A stretch of 64,000 nucleotides of DNA from Candidatus Poribacteria bacterium (GTDB lineage Bacteria; Poribacteria; WGA-4E; WGA-3G): positions 4,672,001 to 4,736,000 of the forward strand of contig OZ242029.1 of NCBI GenBank assembly GCA_965205015.1. Direction: 5' to 3'. The notes beneath the pieces were generated by a model that ran no database searches, was not told the DNA's origin, and worked only from the letters and a program-made list of their open reading frames with translations. Every line of letters begins with the position of its first letter. Positions within the stretch are counted from its first letter, which is position 1. This document shows positions 60,520 through 64,000 of this stretch, one piece after another. Made by a program: the position numbers and the translations under genes.

Positions 60520-61560
60520 ATGAAAACGATGCGATTGTTAGTCCTTGCCATATCGATTCTGTGGGCGTTGAATGCCAGCATCTGCTCACTTTTCGCACAG
60601 GCACCGACATCTCCGAAAATCCTGTTTACATCGTTGCGCGATGGCAACAGCGAAATCTACATCATGAATCCGGATGGCAGCGAACAGGTAAATCTAACAA
60701 AACATCCTGCAGGTGATCTGCAAGCCGTCTGGTCCCCGACGGGTGAAAAGATTCTTTTCGTCTCCGATCGCGGCGGGGAGCGAGACCTGTATCTGATGAA
60801 TCCGGATGGATCCAACGTCCGACGCGTCTTTAAAAGAAAAATAGAAGCGTGGAGAACAGCCCCGACGTGGTCCCCTGATGGCAAACAGATCGCTTACTAT
60901 CAATGGGACAGGAGCGGCGGCGGCACAAGCGGTATGTATATTGTAACATTAGGTGAACAGGCCGCGGAATACATCGAAACATTCTCTTCTCCAGCATGGT
61001 CGCCGGATGGAACAGAAATTGCCTGTGGGGAAGCAAGTCCAGGATTAACTTGGATTATACTATTCAACGTCCGGACACAAAAGCACGAACGACTCCTCCC
61101 CAAGAAGGCACTCCCTTGGCAACGAGATCCGTCTTGGTCGGCAACTGGGGATAAACTCGCTTTTTCTGGGAACAATAATCCGTTGCCGGTCATCTTAGAT
61201 AAGGCACTGCACAACGCATGGCGGGATAAACAGACGATCTTCATTGTGAACCGTGATGGCACTGGACTTCAGCAGCTCGTTGAGGAAGCCGGTTCCTATG
61301 CAGAGTACCCAGCGGTATCACCAAATGGCGCAGAGGTACTTTATACAAAGGAAATCAATGGAAGGTTTCAAGTCTTCAAAATTGACGTGAATAGCGGTAT
61401 TCGGACGCAGTTGACGCATATTGTAGGCATGGCACCCTGGAAATATGGGAGTTCTGGCGGGGATTGGTTTGACCCAGCGTATGCACTGTCCGTTTCACCA
61501 CAACCGCACTTGCTAACCACAACGTGGGGAAAATTGAAAATTAAACAGAATACCCAATAG
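60520..61560 (+). CDS. TolB-like PD40/WD40 beta-propeller protein, copy 2
   Basis: Tandem paralog; tail VSPQPHLLTTTWGKLK. Confidence 0.88.
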   Translation: MKTMRLLVLAISILWALNASICSLFAQAPTSPKILFTSLRDGNSEIYIMNPDGSEQVNLTKHPAGDLQAVWSPTGEKILFVSDRGGERDLYLMNPDGSNVRRVFKRKIEAWRTAPTWSPDGKQIAYYQWDRSGGGTSGMYIVTLGEQAAEYIETFSSPAWSPDGTEIACGEASPGLTWIILFNVRTQKHERLLPKKALPWQRDPSWSATGDKLAFSGNNNPLPVILDKALHNAWRDKQTIFIVNRDGTGLQQLVEEAGSYAEYPAVSPNGAEVLYTKEINGRFQVFKIDVNSGIRTQLTHIVGMAPWKYGSSGGDWFDPAYALSVSPQPHLLTTTWGKLKIKQNTQ

Positions 61561-61585
61561 TACTGATCGGATTGAGGAAAATATC

Positions 61586-63796
61586 ATGAACCGTTCCTAC
61601 AGGCGACACCGTTCTATGCGTGCCCTGCTCTTTGCAGGCATCTTACATCTTTGTCTCGCCATCACTTTTATGTTCTCCTTCTACACACCGAGGCAGAACC
61701 GGGGTGAAGACGCGCTGGCGGTCGAACTCATCAAGCCGGAAGCCTTTCGGGAACAACGGCGTACCCTCAAACCACCGCCTCCCAAAAAATTACGAACGCC
61801 ACAGCACACAGATCCGTCTACCGATACAAACCAACGGCATCTCGACCTCATGGCTTCCGCGAATTTAATCGACGAAACCGTGCGACAATCGGAAGAGGCA
61901 CTCCTACACAGTGCAACGCGATCCGTGTCTGACATGGAAACGAAACTTCCCGATGTGACCACGGACGCAAAAAGGATCAATAGCCGAGAAACACCGATCT
62001 CAGAAGAGGTCGCAAGTCCCTTTCAGACCACCGCAGGGGCAGGTGTAGACAGTCTTCGACAACGCGTCAAAGGGGACGGCGGCGGCGGATTCCACAGACT
62101 CCAATCCACGGGTGCCTCCGAAATTGGAACTATTGGAGACGGTGATGGAGATAACGAAGGTGAAGGCACCGGCAAAGGAAATAGCAACCCGTTCGCGGAA
62201 GCCCTCAAACGTATCGCCGACCACATCATCGGAACACGAGAGTTGGATAAGGTGAACGTCGTTTTCGTCCTCGACACGAGCGCAAGCATGCGCGATAACA
62301 TCCAAGAAGTCGCCGCAAACCTGTTTGCCATGACCGATGAATTCGATCTCGTCAATCTGGAGTACCACCTCGGCATGTCAGAATTCAGCGTCAGGTACGA
62401 AGGTCAAAAACTGGAGATTCGCACACTGTTGCCCGATGTCGGTATGCTCCGTAGACGGATGCAAAAAGCTACACTCAGTGGCGACGAACACGCCCTTGAT
62501 GCACTCATGGATACCCCCTACCGTATCGACTTCCATGCGGATGCGGACCAATACATCATCCTTGTAACCGACGAACCCGCAACGACCACTTTTAAAAAGG
62601 ACGGTGCCTACGAAACGATGCGGGAAAAGGTTATCAAAGAATATCAACTTCAAGGTATCCGGGTCAACGTCCTCGGGGTTCCAGAACCGTTTCAACAAAC
62701 GTTAGCAGAAACAACAGGTGGACTCTGGCAGCCCATTCCCGGAGGTTTCGGTAAGGCAACCACACTCCCAAGTGATCGTGTTGCGAATGAAGCGTTCCTC
62801 AAGGTATTTCGGGACATTGTTAAAGACATTCGCCAAAATGGGGGTCGACTGCTCTTCAGCATGGAGGCCCAATTCGAGGTGCTACTTGAAGATGGCGATG
62901 TCCCGATGAAAAAGTTGCAACGCGAATTTAAGAAGAACGGTGTCTCTATAGCGGGTGCTGACAACCTGTTTGGGAGTTCCATGGTCTGGGAGAAACAGAA
63001 GGGGGATTTGTGGGTAATTACCGATTATACAAACGGTCGTATCTACACCATCCGCAAACAGGGCGATAAATTAAACGTTTTCGCAGGTATCTATCCTGAA
63101 AGTTGGAACCTCTCCAACAGCCTCACTGCGATGACACAAAAGCGCGGCAACAGATGGCTCATAAACGATCCAACCCGGCGTCGCATGTACACCATCCGAA
63201 GTGAGAGGAACCGACTGAACATCTACGACGGGGCAGCGCTCAACGCATCCCCTGACAGTGCAGTGAGGGGATTTGAACCCGTTGTGGACATTGTGGTGAT
63301 GCTCGATTACAGTCGGAGTATGGGCGGCAAATCCGAAGCGATTATGCTCGGTTTAAGCACACTTATCGGTAGGTTAGACATCCTGCCCATTAAATATCGG
63401 ATTGGGCTGATCCGTTTCGCCGAGGCGAAAGATGCCATTAAAGTTATCAACGGCGCGGTCGTGACGCAGATGCCGCTTAACGAATCCATGCTCGAAAGCT
63501 CCATGGAGGCACCGTTTGGCGGAGACGAACACCTCATTGATGCCATTGTGGAAGGCGTGCCGAAAGTCAAATTCAGTCCGTATGCAAGTCGATTCCTGCT
63601 CATTCTGACAGACGAACCGACAACCGGAAAATATCCGCCCGAACGCGCACTCCGTCTCTGTCAGTCGTTAGGCATTCGTGCATACATTATCGGGCATCCG
63701 GGTCCCACAGATTTCCAGAAACAACTCGCAGAACAGACGGGTGGACGCTTCTTTACAATGCCGAAACATCTCAACAGAACCTACCCGAACCAATAA
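61586..63796 (+). CDS. Membrane-anchored protein with two von Willebrand A domains
   Basis: N-terminal TM helix, Pro/Gly-rich linker, MIDAS motifs DTSASM and DYSRSM, each followed by TDEP. Confidence 0.85.
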   Translation: MNRSYRRHRSMRALLFAGILHLCLAITFMFSFYTPRQNRGEDALAVELIKPEAFREQRRTLKPPPPKKLRTPQHTDPSTDTNQRHLDLMASANLIDETVRQSEEALLHSATRSVSDMETKLPDVTTDAKRINSRETPISEEVASPFQTTAGAGVDSLRQRVKGDGGGGFHRLQSTGASEIGTIGDGDGDNEGEGTGKGNSNPFAEALKRIADHIIGTRELDKVNVVFVLDTSASMRDNIQEVAANLFAMTDEFDLVNLEYHLGMSEFSVRYEGQKLEIRTLLPDVGMLRRRMQKATLSGDEHALDALMDTPYRIDFHADADQYIILVTDEPATTTFKKDGAYETMREKVIKEYQLQGIRVNVLGVPEPFQQTLAETTGGLWQPIPGGFGKATTLPSDRVANEAFLKVFRDIVKDIRQNGGRLLFSMEAQFEVLLEDGDVPMKKLQREFKKNGVSIAGADNLFGSSMVWEKQKGDLWVITDYTNGRIYTIRKQGDKLNVFAGIYPESWNLSNSLTAMTQKRGNRWLINDPTRRRMYTIRSERNRLNIYDGAALNASPDSAVRGFEPVVDIVVMLDYSRSMGGKSEAIMLGLSTLIGRLDILPIKYRIGLIRFAEAKDAIKVINGAVVTQMPLNESMLESSMEAPFGGDEHLIDAIVEGVPKVKFSPYASRFLLILTDEPTTGKYPPERALRLCQSLGIRAYIIGHPGPTDFQKQLAEQTGGRFFTMPKHLNRTYPNQ

Positions 63797-63817
63797 TTAA
63801 AAGGAGAGAACACTATA

Positions 63818-64000
63818 ATGTCAACAACCTCTACAAGTACACAACAACATCGAGAAATGGCAACCGAAGAGGGACCCGTCGCCGTCGCGATCGTCACCGT
63901 GAGCGACACGCGCACCCCTGAAACAGACAAAAACGCCGTATTTCTACGCGAACAACTCGCAGCGGAAGGAAATAGCGTCGTCGCATACCAAATCATAAAA
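63818..64000 (+). CDS. moaB: Molybdenum cofactor biosynthesis protein MoaB/Mog (partial, runs off the window)
   Basis: AAGGAG SD; VAIVTVSDTRTPETDK motif. Confidence 0.8.
   Translation, partial: MSTTSTSTQQHREMATEEGPVAVAIVTVSDTRTPETDKNAVFLREQLAAEGNSVVAYQIIK

Noticed and set aside
59452-61560. Genuine tolB of a Tol-Pal system
   Set aside because: No TolB N-terminal domain and no pal or tolQRA neighbours.

Overview
Gene-dense 64 kb bacterial chromosomal window of about 50% GC. It most resembles Candidatus Poribacteria or a relative; this is an inference from the PhyH, sulfatase, FG-GAP/UnbV, TolB-like and YCF48-like content and a recurrent C-terminal 'V.P..(K/L)L.T.WG.LK' tail. Core genes: glnS-gltX, glmM-like/yvcK, lepA-lepB-lepB, selB-tRNA(Sec), lipA, dapB x2, dapL and a partial moaB. 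Accessory genes: a PQQ dehydrogenase with a lanthanide-type motif plus binding protein and diheme cytochrome c, a GHMP kinase/GalU fusion, a PspA-like protein with an AAA+ ATPase, and glycan or sulfate catabolic genes. Mobile and repeated DNA: one complete IS (15987-17341, 5-bp target duplication), a 416-bp protein-less IS200/IS605-type element with its own promoter and an omegaRNA-like end, a 91-bp MITE family, REP-like palindromes, heptamer repeats and a ~20-nt micro-insertion. Best candidates for undescribed biology: (1) two stand-alone 2-TM genes, each with a strong in-frame internal SD+ATG giving a small charged C-terminal protein, like an Rpn-style intragenic antitoxin on a membrane effector; (2) a shared C-terminal tail on four exported proteins of three different folds; (3) the orphan omegaRNA-like element, whose predicted guide is a host repeat; (4) a PspA/ESCRT-III-like plus AAA+ ATPase pair. 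No CRISPR array or rRNA was found. All calls were made by eye, without database searches.
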